A stretch of DNA of 63,687 bases, counting the filler, from Hausera hauseri (lineage: Eukaryota), in the NCBI GenBank assembly GCA_046269625.1. It is 12 parts of 12 records of this genome, joined end to end, with 100 filler letters (N's around TTAATTAATTAA, not from the genome) between each part and the next. Parts side by side here need not be neighbours in the genome. Positions count along the whole stretch, not along the records: positions 47,032 to 51,504 come from JBJURY010563783.1; positions 51,605 to 57,693 come from JBJURY010142426.1; positions 57,794 to 63,687 come from JBJURY010172306.1; 9 more parts are not named here. One strand, given 5' to 3'. Each line of letters starts with the position of its first letter. Position 1 is the stretch's first letter. The notes beneath the pieces were generated by a model. The model saw nothing but the letters and a program-made list of their open reading frames with translations. It did not search any database and had not been told where the DNA came from. Position numbers and translations under genes: made by a program. This document shows, one piece after another, positions 48,091 through 59,830 of this stretch.

Positions 48091-51000
48091 ACGTGCAGAT
48101 TAACTTGACTCAAGTGCCAAATCGAAAAACACTATGGCACTACCAAAAAAACGTGTCCCTTATAATTAAGTCGAGAGCACAAAATGCCGTCTACCATGGC
48201 GCAATAAAAACTCGCCGAGCAACCTAACATTTTATACTATATCCTACGATTGAAGCACAAGTAGTATGTTTCACTTCGTGCCACAGATAAATCAAATTTG
48301 CTGAAATTAATACGAATAAATAGTCTCCAGACTGTTCAACTTCTTCACTTTGTTAATGTGCACCAAATATGGCCTAATTATTCTCAATAAAATTCTAAAT
48401 ATCAGTAGAAATCTGCGCCAAAAACTTACTGTGTTCGACTGTGTCATATAACAACGGAACTCTAATTTTGGACACTAATCATTCTATTAAAATTGGTCTA
48501 ATTTTTAATACTAAAAATACAGATTAGATCACGTCCGCTAACTCATTTTAACTGCCTTGCTATGAAGCAGAGGCGTGCACAGAAAATATTTTATGTGCAT
48601 AGTGCTATTTTGCAAAATAAAATAATACCAATAACTTATGTTATGCATTGTATAAAATATACCCGAAATTGCTATATATTTTTATACATAAACTTTTCAC
48701 TGTCTACATATTCACAGATACAATAGAATATAGTTAGAAGGATGAATTGGGTAAATAGATAACATTGTAAACGAAACAAATTAACCTTCAAAACATCTTA
48801 ATATCCAAATTTCCGTTCCATTCAATGAACTGCTTTCGACACTTCGACATTTTTTCCTGAGAAATTATGCAGTATTTTCGTTAAAAATCTCAATGCATTT
48901 CTTTGCATACAAGGATGATTCCTTAAAATATTTTGCTGTATCATACAAGTACAAAATTTAGTTCTAATTAAGAATATAAAAGAATATTTAGAAAAGTACC
49001 TTGAGACAAAACATCTATTTTCACCCAACTGCTATTGTCATATTCTCATAAGAAAATTCATGTTTTAGCTATGAGTACTGAAATTAAAATGTACTATCAA
49101 AGTGGCAATTATTCTTAGAAAATTGAATTTTTGAAATGACAAATAAAAACGTAAAACACAATACCTAGTAACGATAAGTCGGCGTACTTTAACACGTGGT
49201 ATTAAAATTCGTACAGCCTTGTCTCAACGACCAAACGATTTGTCTGAATTTGACGGTCTGCTCACGATATGTGCTCAACAAGTCAAACAGCTATTGCTAG
49301 TGTGTGGTAGTCATTTGGTGATAAAATAAGTAGCATTTACGCTTTTCGATTGGGGATAAGTACCATCTGTTTTGCCAATATCGTTTCGTTTGACATAAAA
49401 GTATATGGAAATTCTATAAATATCATTCGTAAAAAATTTCAACGTCATTCTACCATTCTGTTCAAAACTCGTTTTCACTTGCGAAACGGGAATATTCAAC
49501 AGAAAATTATATTTCCAATAGCAACGATATTGATCAAGAAATCATGAATTCTGATAGTAAAATTCACATCCAATTGTCTTATTGATTTTCTCCAATTCAA
49601 AATTTTATTCAAACTAATTTGTATTATTTTTTAAGCTAAAATAATTCAACTTAATTTCGTTTTAAATGTCCCCATAAGATAGAGTAAGTTTTGTGAACAA
49701 ACTTTTACAATATGAAAATTGTTAATTAAAATCAGTGGTGCTTAATAACATACCATATAAATGTTATTCAACGGAATAAGATTGCATATAATTAAAACTG
49801 AATTGATAATTTCTGTCATGTGTTTATGTCACGGTTTTCTGTTTCTTATTAATGTCAGCAAATTGAGATATTTCAAACAGCTGCACCCACTAAAATTTAA
49901 TGTTTACGACTAATTATTAACTTGATTCTAATAAAATATCTGAGTAAAATAATCCAATGGTGATGACGTGTTTTCTCTGGGTCACAAAACAATTTGCCGA
50001 TGTAAAATAATTAACCTTGAAAATTTCTGAAAGAGGAAAATTCATTGACAAACAAATTTAGTTTAAGAATCGATATAGTTATAATTTATATATGAAATAA
50101 CTAATATTGATTATTAGAATATCTAATCTTCCAACTGTATAATTTCATTTTGCAATCAACGTCCGTTATCAAAATGTTTACAAGTCGCAATCATTATTAT
50201 TAGAAAAACAGAGTTGAATAAATTTAATTACTGAAATACAGAAGTACAATGTATTAACACCTTCAACGGTAGCAAAGTAAGTTGACAAATAGAAAAATAT
50301 TCATTTGCTAAATATATAAAAATATATCAAAAGTCCACTTGTTGAAACTGACAAAGAAAACAAGAGAAATATCGACTGGAATTCCAGCATACTTTTCCCG
50401 AATTTAAAGGTAAAATGGAAATTAAAGAAAATTCGAAAATAGCTTAACATACTTCTTTGAGGCAGTTTTTTAGTAAGAACTTTGGTATCATTTGGTGATT
50501 CGTAGTTCACTTCACCGACTAGATCTCTATCAGCAGTCGTGATCACTTTTTGTGTCGGATGCAAATCCTACATGATTACCTTTTTACAAAATAATTCCAA
50601 CATCTTACGAAATCTGTTAAAATGGAAACGCATCCAAAGAAAAACTTGAATTTAAAAATTCGAAATATACAACCTGAAAATGACAGTGACAAAATTCATT
50701 ATTACCGTAATAAATAAAACGATTGAATGTAATGATCGACAAATTTAGTTTTTGGAAAATTTCTAAATTTCAAATCTGTGAATAAATAAAGTAATATTCA
50801 AACAAAATTACCCGATTAATTTTTTGTAACAAAGATTTTATTCTAAATTTTTTCAACAATATTTTAATAACTACTCCAAAGAGTCATCACCTTCTTAACT
50901 TACGTTATGAAAATTGTCAATTAAAATTTTAATAATAAATGGTGTGTAATTCTATTTAATCTATTATTGCATTTAGTCAATTCTGTGATGCATTTCTAAC

Positions 51001-51153
51001 ATTTGAAAATTATAATTAAAATATAAAAGTTCGAAAATCAAGGTCGTTAAAATTAAAGTAGTATAGTTTTCTTTTGAATTAAAGGATAAAAATTAAAATC
51101 ATTGCATAAATCTAATTTAAAAAAATTAAAAATTACTTTTAATTTTATTTTTC

Positions 51154-51504
51154 AGGCGGGGGAGCCTTGTAAAGTTCCACTTTACAAAATACTTAAAATA
51201 AAATCACGAATTAAAACAAATTTTTTATTCCCCGTAAAATTTTATCAAATAACAATTTAAAAATCTCAAATAACAATTCAAAATTTAAAATCACAATATA
51301 AAATCACGGGTTCACCCAACATAAAACCAAAAAAACATACAAATATATCAAAATAAAATATGTCACCAAACGAAAATTTCTCCCAAATTCTTATACTAAA
51401 ATTAAAATCACAAAATTACAAGTGCCAAAATAAGCAGCACTTACTAAATAAAAAACAATCAAGATCTGTGGATTTAATACATTTGTTTGAATCCACAGAT
51501 CAAG
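51154..51504 (+). repeat. Candidate PPT (AGGCGGGGGAG) and start of a TGT-initiated LTR
   Basis: Only G-run in ~3 kb of AT-rich DNA, followed by TGTAAAG; same orientation as element F. Confidence 0.45.
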
Positions 51505-51604
51505 NNNNNNNNNNNNNNNNNNNNNNNNNNNNNNNNNNNNNNNNNNNNTTAATTAATTAANNNNNNNNNNNNNNNNNNNNNNNNNNNNNNNNNNNNNNNN
51601 NNNN

Positions 51605-51972
51605 CACTTTGGCACAGTCCATCATGTGTTCTTTCAATTGCACCCGGTGCCGCATGCCAATCTTCAATATTGGGATTATCGTGAATTCGATATTATTGAT
51701 TCTTGCAAACTTGCACATATTCTGCACAGCTCCACCGTGCATTAATCAATGCACACTGACGTTCACTATCTATTAGCACTTTGTTCCGTTCGATTCGATC
51801 AATACTGCACTGTTCGGCGATCGATTTGTGAAATATGAAAAAATGTGTTTGGAAACGGTGCCTACCGGTACCGTCCCCTAGCACTCTACGGATCGATAGT
51901 GCACAGTGTGCAATATCGATTGGCACATGTGCAAAATTCATTTATTCATTACCCACCCCCCGTGGGTGGGCA
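51605..51972. repeat. Third TGCA-rich unit, ending in a GC-rich hairpin
   Basis: Colinear with 46030-46390. Confidence 0.85.
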
Positions 51973-52455
51973 AGAATTCCCATTTTTATCCTATTTAGAC
52001 AAGTGTGCTTTGAACCGTCATAGTAATATTTAATCTTTGATGCACCGCATTTTGTTTCTTTTGACAAGGTTCCACTTTCTTAGTTGTTAAATTTTTACCA
52101 TGCTTTTGTCGCAGCCTTCCTCTTCATTCAATCTAGCAAACATTCGAATTCGCCTAAGATGATCATATTTCTCATATGTTGCATTGAATGGACTCCACTC
52201 AGAACAACTGAACAGGCTGCATGGAGCTGAAAAATCACAGGAACGTTTTCTTCCCTCACAGTTTTTTATTATGTTTCCTATTTTCTCTTTCTCTTGGATT
52301 TATGCACGTATCTTGCACATGAAAAGTACAAAGGAATCTGTAATGACGACAAAGTGACTGTTGAAACTCTATGATATTAACTATCGACAGTATTTAATAC
52401 ACCAGTATTTCAGAAGTAAGAGTGTCCTTTTTAAATACCGAATTGAACAGATTAG

Positions 52456-52586
52456 ACATATACAAATCCGGGCACGATGAGATAAAACGACAAAAGTGCA
52501 CCAACTCGTCGGCAATTTTGAAAAAGAAAACAAAAACAAAAGAGGAAAACAATAAGTGTATTTACAGGTCCTTGTTGGGCACAACA
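52456..52586 (-). repeat. LTR head, family 2 (second copy, no PPT)
   Basis: TGTTGTGCCC..GGACCTGTAAATACACT..CCGACGAGTTGGTGCACTTTTGTC. Confidence 0.85.
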
Positions 52587-53289
52587 TCGTGGTCGCCGAA
52601 CTATACCGGTAATTCAGGACTTCAAAAACGATCGCGTGTTTCGGACAGAAACCTTACCAGAATACCTACCTCTCTACAAAAAGTTTCGAATGCCAAAAGA
52701 ACTGCTGTAGTAAAATCTCCGGTCTTACAAAATTCTATTGTTAGTTGAAGTTCCGGTACGTTCTCATCCAATCTATCATCAGAAACAATAAAAGTATATT
52801 CGATAAAAAAACGAAAAAGAAACAAAACCAATACATGCACCATTTTATAGAGATAGAAGTTGCATTGAAGAGGACGAAATCAAAGATGAATCACCGAATT
52901 TCGCATAATCTTTTGTACCAGACAATTATGTTATTGAACGGGAAAATGAAGAAAGAAAAACGGTATGAACTGGCAAGACAGTTTCGTTAACTCTGAATAG
53001 ACGATACAATAAATCAGAACATTTTAAAACTTTTCACACATCTATTGATGGAAGTTCATATAGCATTTTGAACAAAAGTCATTATTCTGATCGGAGCTTA
53101 GAATCGTTACCCGAAATGAATAAATAATCAATGAACCAGTCCTTATTCATGACTGTCCCGTTATTTCATTCCAAAATCAGTTATATTCAACGGTTGGTAA
53201 ATACTATCAGTTCACAGAAAAAGGTTGTTAATGCTAAAAACGGCGTCAGAAGTCAGTCAGCGCAACCTGCCATTTTCAGTTCGTATAAC

Positions 53290-53572
53290 GGTGATGATGC
53301 TTTGACTATCAAAATGCGATGTGACCGATATGATCAGTATGGTTTTACTATACGTAGCTCATCAAAACGTGGTTCTGTGATAACTGTAAATAATATCGCA
53401 AAAAATTGTCCTTCGGATACTTGTTTTCCGAGTCTTAATACTGGTGATCGGATTTTATCAATGAATAATCACACTATTTCGAAGCCCGCTTAGGATGAGG
53501 TTGTTGCGTTAATTAAGCGGTACGCTGAATCAAGTTCTAGAGAACTGGTAATGACCGTTAAAGCAAACAATT
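53290..53572 (+). pseudogene. PDZ domain fragment, PTPN3/PTPN4-like
   Basis: IKMRCD...YGFTI..PSDTCFPSLNTGDRIL..DEVVALIK..RELVMTV; internal stop. Confidence 0.75.
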
Positions 53573-53639
53573 ATATTTATGAATTGATTTTTTGACGTTC
53601 TAGAATAATAATAAATCTATACATGTTGTTTTGTGCTCA

Positions 53640-54070
53640 TTCTGATTCTTCAATGTGTCTATTATATGAATTTAATCTATAACTGAAATTACAATTGTTA
53701 AAAGTTAAGCCAGGTTTTGCTGGACTTTTCGTGATCAATAAAGTATTCTGTGCACTGAGAAGAAGTGTGTTTGGATGACGGAATGGCAGATGTATAAGTG
53801 GTGAAAGTAGATGGCGTAATTACGGTTGTTGATTTTTGGTGAAAAGTAAAAGGTGATGGTTTAGAGGTAGTTTTGTCAGTAGTGTCAACGATGGGCGAAG
53901 ATTCTATGCCACCACGAATGCGAATGTGTACGTGAATAATGACATAACTGGATGAAGGAGCAAAAATGTTGCGAAAATTGACATTAATTACAGGTAAGTT
54001 TTTATAAGTAAGGTAAAAATCAGGAAAATTAGCAAAGTGTAGAACATAATTGTGTAAGTAATGTGTCTAT
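53640..54070 (-). mobile_element. gag: Truncated Ubl-gag N-terminus, element D
   Basis: FYLTY..IHVHIRIRGG.ESSP.VDTTDK..CTEYFID..SSKTWL aligns with the gags of A, B and C. Confidence 0.8.
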
Positions 54071-54627
54071 AAAATACGTTGTATCGAGTGTGAGAAAATG
54101 AAGGACCGAAGCGTATCGCCCACTGACATTGGACAACCCGTTGGGCAGTCGGTCACGCTGTGATGTACTCGGAACTCAACAGCTTCGTTATGTGTACTGT
54201 GGAGGATCTTTGACGACGAACCGGTATAACCTTTATCACGTTTAGGGGTCGGAACGATGTCAAATTTAGTTAGACATATATTTATTCTCGTAAGGTGAGG
54301 AATAGCCATAAGGCGTGCTGCCTTTATGTCATATTCTTTTAAATCAAGTATGATGAACTGTAATGTAGCGGCGAAGTATTCAGCAATTGCTACCCCGCCT
54401 TTGCATGTTAATTTGCAACATGGCAGACACGGCCTCGGTAATGAACGATAAGTCAGCAAACCTGCACGAAGTGCATGGACAGTATCTTCAGAAATCATAT
54501 GGTTGTCAATATTGGGGAACCGTAAACGTTTTAAAGTACCTGAAGTATCGGAGAAAATGGGCATGAAATGACAACCGCAACTGAGAGCAATGATTAAAAG
54601 GGGTGATGTTGTGTCAACAGCAGACAT
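54067..54627 (-). CDS. Unknown 186-aa ORF just upstream of element D gag
   Basis: Open frame; no recognised domain. Confidence 0.3.
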   Translation of the reverse strand: MSAVDTTSPLLIIALSCGCHFMPIFSDTSGTLKRLRFPNIDNHMISEDTVHALRAGLLTYRSLPRPCLPCCKLTCKGGVAIAEYFAATLQFIILDLKEYDIKAARLMAIPHLTRINICLTKFDIVPTPKRDKGYTGSSSKILHSTHNEAVEFRVHHSVTDCPTGCPMSVGDTLRSFIFSHSIQRIL

Positions 54628-54801
54628 GTTATGAATAAAATATATGGGAAAAATAAGAAATAGGAATCGTTAATAAAAGGCAAATTAAAAAAATGTTTGT
54701 CAGACGAATGGTACACAATGATAAATCGCACCCAATCGTGTATCAGTTTCACCGACGAGTAGAGTGGAATTGTCCATATATCCAACCAGATTGAATTCCG
54801 T

Positions 54802-56400
54802 CTATTTCATTGTTGGTGTTCTTCCAGGAACAGCAATAGGGTAGTTCATACTGACGTCACTTATTTGTTGAGGAATCACCACAGTCCAAATGATATAAGA
54901 GTTATTATCGATCTTGCATTCTGATTTTTGTACAACAGCTGGAATTTCAAGCAGCATAAAATCAAATGTCTCAGTATACATGTTATCTGAGTCATTATCA
55001 TTCTCAAATTTGTTATCGTAGTCACCCGATTCGTCTTCATTCAAATTATGCGTCGGTCCTGTACTCTCGTATGATCGAATATCAAACTGATTTACTGTTC
55101 CATTCGGATAAAATTTGTTAACAAGGTTCTTCTTAGTTTGAGTCATATCAACCGGCTGATTTAGCAGCGAATTGCTCAAAAATGCCTGCATTAAATATTT
55201 GGGATGTCTCCTCAATTTCCGATTTCTGTTTTAATTGCCGTCGTCCGCCTTGTTTTGTTGTAAAATTTTTGATCGTATATTTGTTATTCTGATCATTGTT
55301 GACGGATGCAGCTGCTGTGGAATTTTTAGCTTGAGATACACGAGTAGAACGAGTCCGGAAGCCGCCTATTCCCAAATTCGAAAACCGTCTATTTCGCGGA
55401 ATTGTACCTTTGCCGGAGCCGCATTTGACAGCAGGAGCAGTTGTCGCGACATTTGTGACTAAGCTTTGGGCTTCCGATTCTTCGTTAGAAGGTAAACTAG
55501 GACTTTTCATCTCGATGTTTTTGATGTCTCCCTTAATACTGTGCATGGAATCATCATCCATATGACTGGCCGGTGTGGATGATTGCGGAACGTCTGCAAT
55601 GGACTGATTTTTCCCCGGTTCCAATGTAATCTGCTTCGTATCGTCCGCTTCTGCGAGAACTTCAAGTGAAGCGGATTTCTAAGCACATTTCAATGCACCA
55701 TGGTTTCGTCGGGGTTGTGTCTTGAGCATTGCATTTCGTATTGTATTAAGTCCATGTTCGCTGAGGACGACATCATCCATCAAAAATTTTTTTGATTGAT
55801 CTGGTGAATTGGGTTCTTCAACCGTAAAACCCAGTGGAGAGCAAACTATTTTTTGTGTTATCGGCGTTAGGTCCCAGCAGATTAGAAAACGTTGTTTTGC
55901 TAGCAACGAGCAATTGCGTCATCAATTAGTTGTAACAATTGTTTGTGACCTGTACCGATTTCAACACCTTTCTCTCGAAATACCACATAATGATATACTC
56001 CGCTTTCAAAAATAAATTCCAATTGTGCCTCTGTGTTCAGTTGATCACATGATGCATGAGATGATCGTTCACAAACATCACAAAACAGCATTAGATCACC
56101 TTCGTTGTACGCTACCTGACAAACGGGACACTGGACCTTTGACGCACACGGAGCACCTTTCGTATACTGATTCGCAAGATACCATGTGGTCCTGGATAAT
56201 AACAGCCGAAAAACAAGCAAATCACACAATTTTGACATTTCCAACTTCCCTTTGGTACTTCTTTTAGGGGTGGTTCCAAGCAAAATGTATGATAACTAAT
56301 GTCACAATCATCACACAACAGCAGGAGATTTTCCTCGGTACTCTGATCACATCTTTCACAGACTCTACAGTCCAGACAACACCAGCCTTTTTCAATGATA
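54802..56400 (-). pseudogene. KMT2C: KMT2C/MLL3 (Lpt-like) PHD-finger region fragment, frameshifted
   Basis: CDDCDISYHTFCLEPPLKEVPKGSWKC, CASKVQCPVC..Y.EGDL, DDVVLSEHGL and LGIGGF motifs. Confidence 0.85.
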
Positions 56401-56799
56401 ATTTTCGACAGAATGAAAATATAATGTCGAACAAGACTGATAAAATCTTAAATATCATCGGCAATTAACTGCGGTAGAACCGATTTGAATTTAGACCAAA
56501 TAACAGATTTATCAGAACCTTGAAATTCAAGTAATGTGTCTTTCAAACTCAGAATGACAATAAATGTCAAATAGAACATCAAAAACGGATCGGAAACAAA
56601 AAATACACATCGTAAAAAATATAGAGCACGTCATGCGACATTATAGCAACTGTAAATTGAGGAAAACCAATCGTATGTATAGAGCTGTAGGAATACTTTA
56701 CGGGTATCAAGAAACGAACACAACTTGGGGTCATGATATTGTAAAAGTAATCGAAAGTGGAAAATATTTCACTATGAATAACAGATTTGCAGGATAGAA

Positions 56800-57130
56800 A
56801 TGTATGACAGATTGACGAAAAAAATGTGTAAAGTTCATTTCGATTAGTAATTTTTAATTCACAACATAAAACTCGAAGAATATTTAACCAACCGTTATTT
56901 TCAATGTCATTAATAAATCCAATAAGATTGGAACAGAGTTCTTGTGGTAATAATGTGACAAATTCGCAACAACAATCATGAAGAAATTCATGATTATTTA
57001 AATTAAAAACGTCATTAAAATTTTCGAGTGAATCAAATTGAATTTCAACGCTTAGACATATTTCCCATACCTTGCTTCTTAAATGATTTGGTACCGGGCG
57101 ATCTCGACGGTTACTATGTAATTTGAAAAA
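56800..57130 (-). pseudogene. TBC1D23: TBC1D23 N-terminal fragment
   Basis: RPVPNHLRSKVWEICLSV...DSL..F..VFNL....LHDCC compared with RPLPAELRAKVW..ALNV..GDSL..W. Confidence 0.65.
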
Positions 57131-57441
57131 ATGCATAATTGAAAAATGCATTCTTGCGTAAATTTCTCATATTTCCGACAATTGTAGGTTTTTTGTTAAC
57201 AGTTGAAAAGGTTTATTGTTTTAATGTGATTTGTACCCGGTGTCTTTGGTGGTTTCAATCTTTTTCCGACACGGATCTCCACCACCAATATCATGTTTCG
57301 ATTAGATTCGTATAATTCCAACATTGAATAGCCAAAATGAATGAACAGTACAACAAATACAGATTTATTATTTTTAAACGTAACAAAAAATCAATTTATT
57401 AATTAATACTATTCTTAACAGTTCATATCATTGCACTTTAT

Positions 57442-57640
57442 TTACTCATAAAGATTTGGACAAGGTTTTCCTCCATTCATTGCTGGTTTCTGTAGAAGTC
57501 TCCAACGATTTCTTTTTTTTTCTTCACCACATTTGGCAGAACAAGGTTCCCAATGAGACCATTGAGGAACCACACAATCCCGTGTCCACGGAGTTAAAGT
57601 CTCTATTTCTGGTATATATGTTTTCTCACAATCCATTTTG
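57442..57640 (-). pseudogene. Thrombospondin type-1 (spondin-like) fragment
   Basis: DCVV.QWSHWEPCSAKCG..R..PAMNGGKPCP. Confidence 0.8.
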
Positions 57641-59139
57641 GTTTTAAAATTACTTAACGTTCCTTTGCATCATATATTTGGATGGTAGACAAGNNNNNNN
57701 NNNNNNNNNNNNNNNNNNNNNNNNNNNNNNNNNNNNNTTAATTAATTAANNNNNNNNNNNNNNNNNNNNNNNNNNNNNNNNNNNNNNNNNNNNACCAAAG
57801 CATTTTCGTAAATTGTTCCAATAAGTTTTATGAACAACATTCCGTTGACCTTTTAATGAAATCATTCAGTTTATGGATTTCAAAATTTTTTAACAAATTA
57901 AAGATTGAAAGTAAAAGGAACATTACGTTTATATTTTCCAAGGAATTTATTTCATGGCTTGAAAATATCAATTTTAAATCTCTCAAACGGCCGAATGGAA
58001 TAGTATTCGAAGAATTTTTCCGAGCTTTTTCTCATTTTCCTATAGTTAACTTCAATGGTGATCGATTTAAAGTATTTTGTTGGAAAATGCCGTGTCTTTG
58101 TACGACACTTTGGCTGATGATGATGATAAAAAACATTTGGTCAAGTCTCTGCTTTTCGAATTTAGACAAAAACGCAATTTTAACATTCGATTTGACGAAA
58201 AATTGCTTTTTAAACCGCTGTTTGATTTGCTACAAACTAAAAAGGACTGCTTGCAAATTTTGGGATTACAACTGATGCTTTGTTGGATCACAGTTTCGAA
58301 TATTGACTACATTAATCCACCCCTTATTGAATTGCTAAGGCAAATTAATGAAAAGGCATTAGGGAACATCGACGTCAATGGTTATCACATTAAAAAAATT
58401 AACCATGAATTATTGTCCAATGTTACAAACGTGTTTTTGTGTTTCATGAAAATGGAAGTTTCAACAAAACTTTCAACAGTTAATTGTCGATAATTTTGGT
58501 TACTTCTTGAAGGCATATCGGAAATGTGGGTTTGCAAAAGTTACTGTCGATCTTACGCTGAAAGTTATAATTCGGATGTTGAAGGCACTGACTAATAGTA
58601 TAAATCTAATACAATACAATTACAGTGCTCGTAATATATTTTTCTTTTCATTTTATCTTGAAATTGAACATTCCACAGATATGGATGCAAATATGTTATG
58701 TATATTACCAATATACGAGCGTCAGACTTACGATATATTCAAACGTCAGAGTTATCCGGATTTAAATTGGAAGAGAATATTTTATAATTTTCTGTCGATA
58801 ACAGATTTTCTCTTTGGATGCACAGTTTCACCGGGAACGTTTTAACAAAGAAATACTTGCAACGTATTTTTGAGAAAACGAATAACGACTTTATGTCGTA
58901 TGATTGTCCAGCAACCATTTTAGAAAATTCTTGTTTTGTTATAAAACACATTCATTTACATTCATAATTGCTGTGATAGATCTGGCTGCGTTGATGATCA
59001 AATGGACAAACTTAGGAATTTCATCAAATCTAACGAAAAATGTCAAGAAATTGTTGAGGAATTAAAACTAAATGAAACAAATAGTTTACAAAGTATTTTG
59101 CAGACAGGTACTTTCAGTAAAAAGCACTCCTACGACGAT

Positions 59140-59382
59140 TGGTGTTTGAATTTCAATCAGTTACCCGAAAAATTGCGTTTTTATCAGGTCCACATTTTTG
59201 TTGCATCTTTCGCTGGATTTCTGGCACAGGAAGTTGTCGACAATTCTCAAATACGATCCGATCGAATTCTATCGTTCGTTCTATGTAATTCATATTCGGG
59301 TACGTCCATTTTCCAATTGCAATTTAAATTGATATTATTTTGGATGATGCCTCAATATATTTTGCGTTTGATTATTTTATAA
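59140..59382 (+). pseudogene. SPG21: Maspardin fragment
   Basis: VHIFVASFAGFLAQ..RILSFVLCNSYSGTSIF..FWMMPQYIL compared with VHLFGASLGGFLAQ..SLILCNSFSDTSIF..FWLMPAFML. Confidence 0.85.
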
Positions 59383-59543
59383 GCATTTTCCATTTTGTCT
59401 AAGCATATTGATGGTACACTTTCCGGTCAAGAAGGGGAATTCAAACACATCCATAAATCATTCTCCTTTATTTACAATCGGAATTCTGCTGCACATTCCT
59501 GTTACCTTGCCGCTAAAATTTGATTGCTATCAAAAAATTGGAT

Positions 59544-59830
59544 GTAGCTGATGATTCGTTTAACATGCCAAGTATACACACTCCACAAAGTCCCCGGTCG
59601 CGCGATGTTTCAGGTGGCGTTGCTAGTGCCGACAGACGGAGATTCAAAATGCCGTATTCGATAACATCCGCAAACAAATTAATTGGGTCAACCGCGAGAA
59701 TAATTAAAGGACCTTCAAGGGGGAATTAGGTTACCCCGGAATTTGAGACCCGCCGCGGCGAGGCTGAGGTCCCGGCCGCCCACCCTGTGTCGGTCGGTCA
59801 AACGGCGCCTTTCGCGTCAGCCCCGCAACA
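59544..59830 (+). repeat. Conserved LTR-tail segment of element B, ending CAACA
   Basis: Homologous to 20446-20730. Confidence 0.7.

Larger units (their letters stand above)
7626..57793. other. Eleven 100-nt artificial contig linkers (N44-TTAATTAATTAA-N44) at 7626, 12459, 17513, 24529, 29083, 34061, 38184, 42366, 46932, 51505, 57694
   Basis: Identical N-flanked TTAATTAATTAA spacer, which has stops in all six frames; sequence content changes abruptly at each one. Confidence 0.97.

Noticed and set aside
53131-53572. PDZ fragment as cargo of element D or of the 52586 head
   Set aside because: Opposite strand and outside the head; it is a noted exception to the orientation rule and probably pre-existing flank
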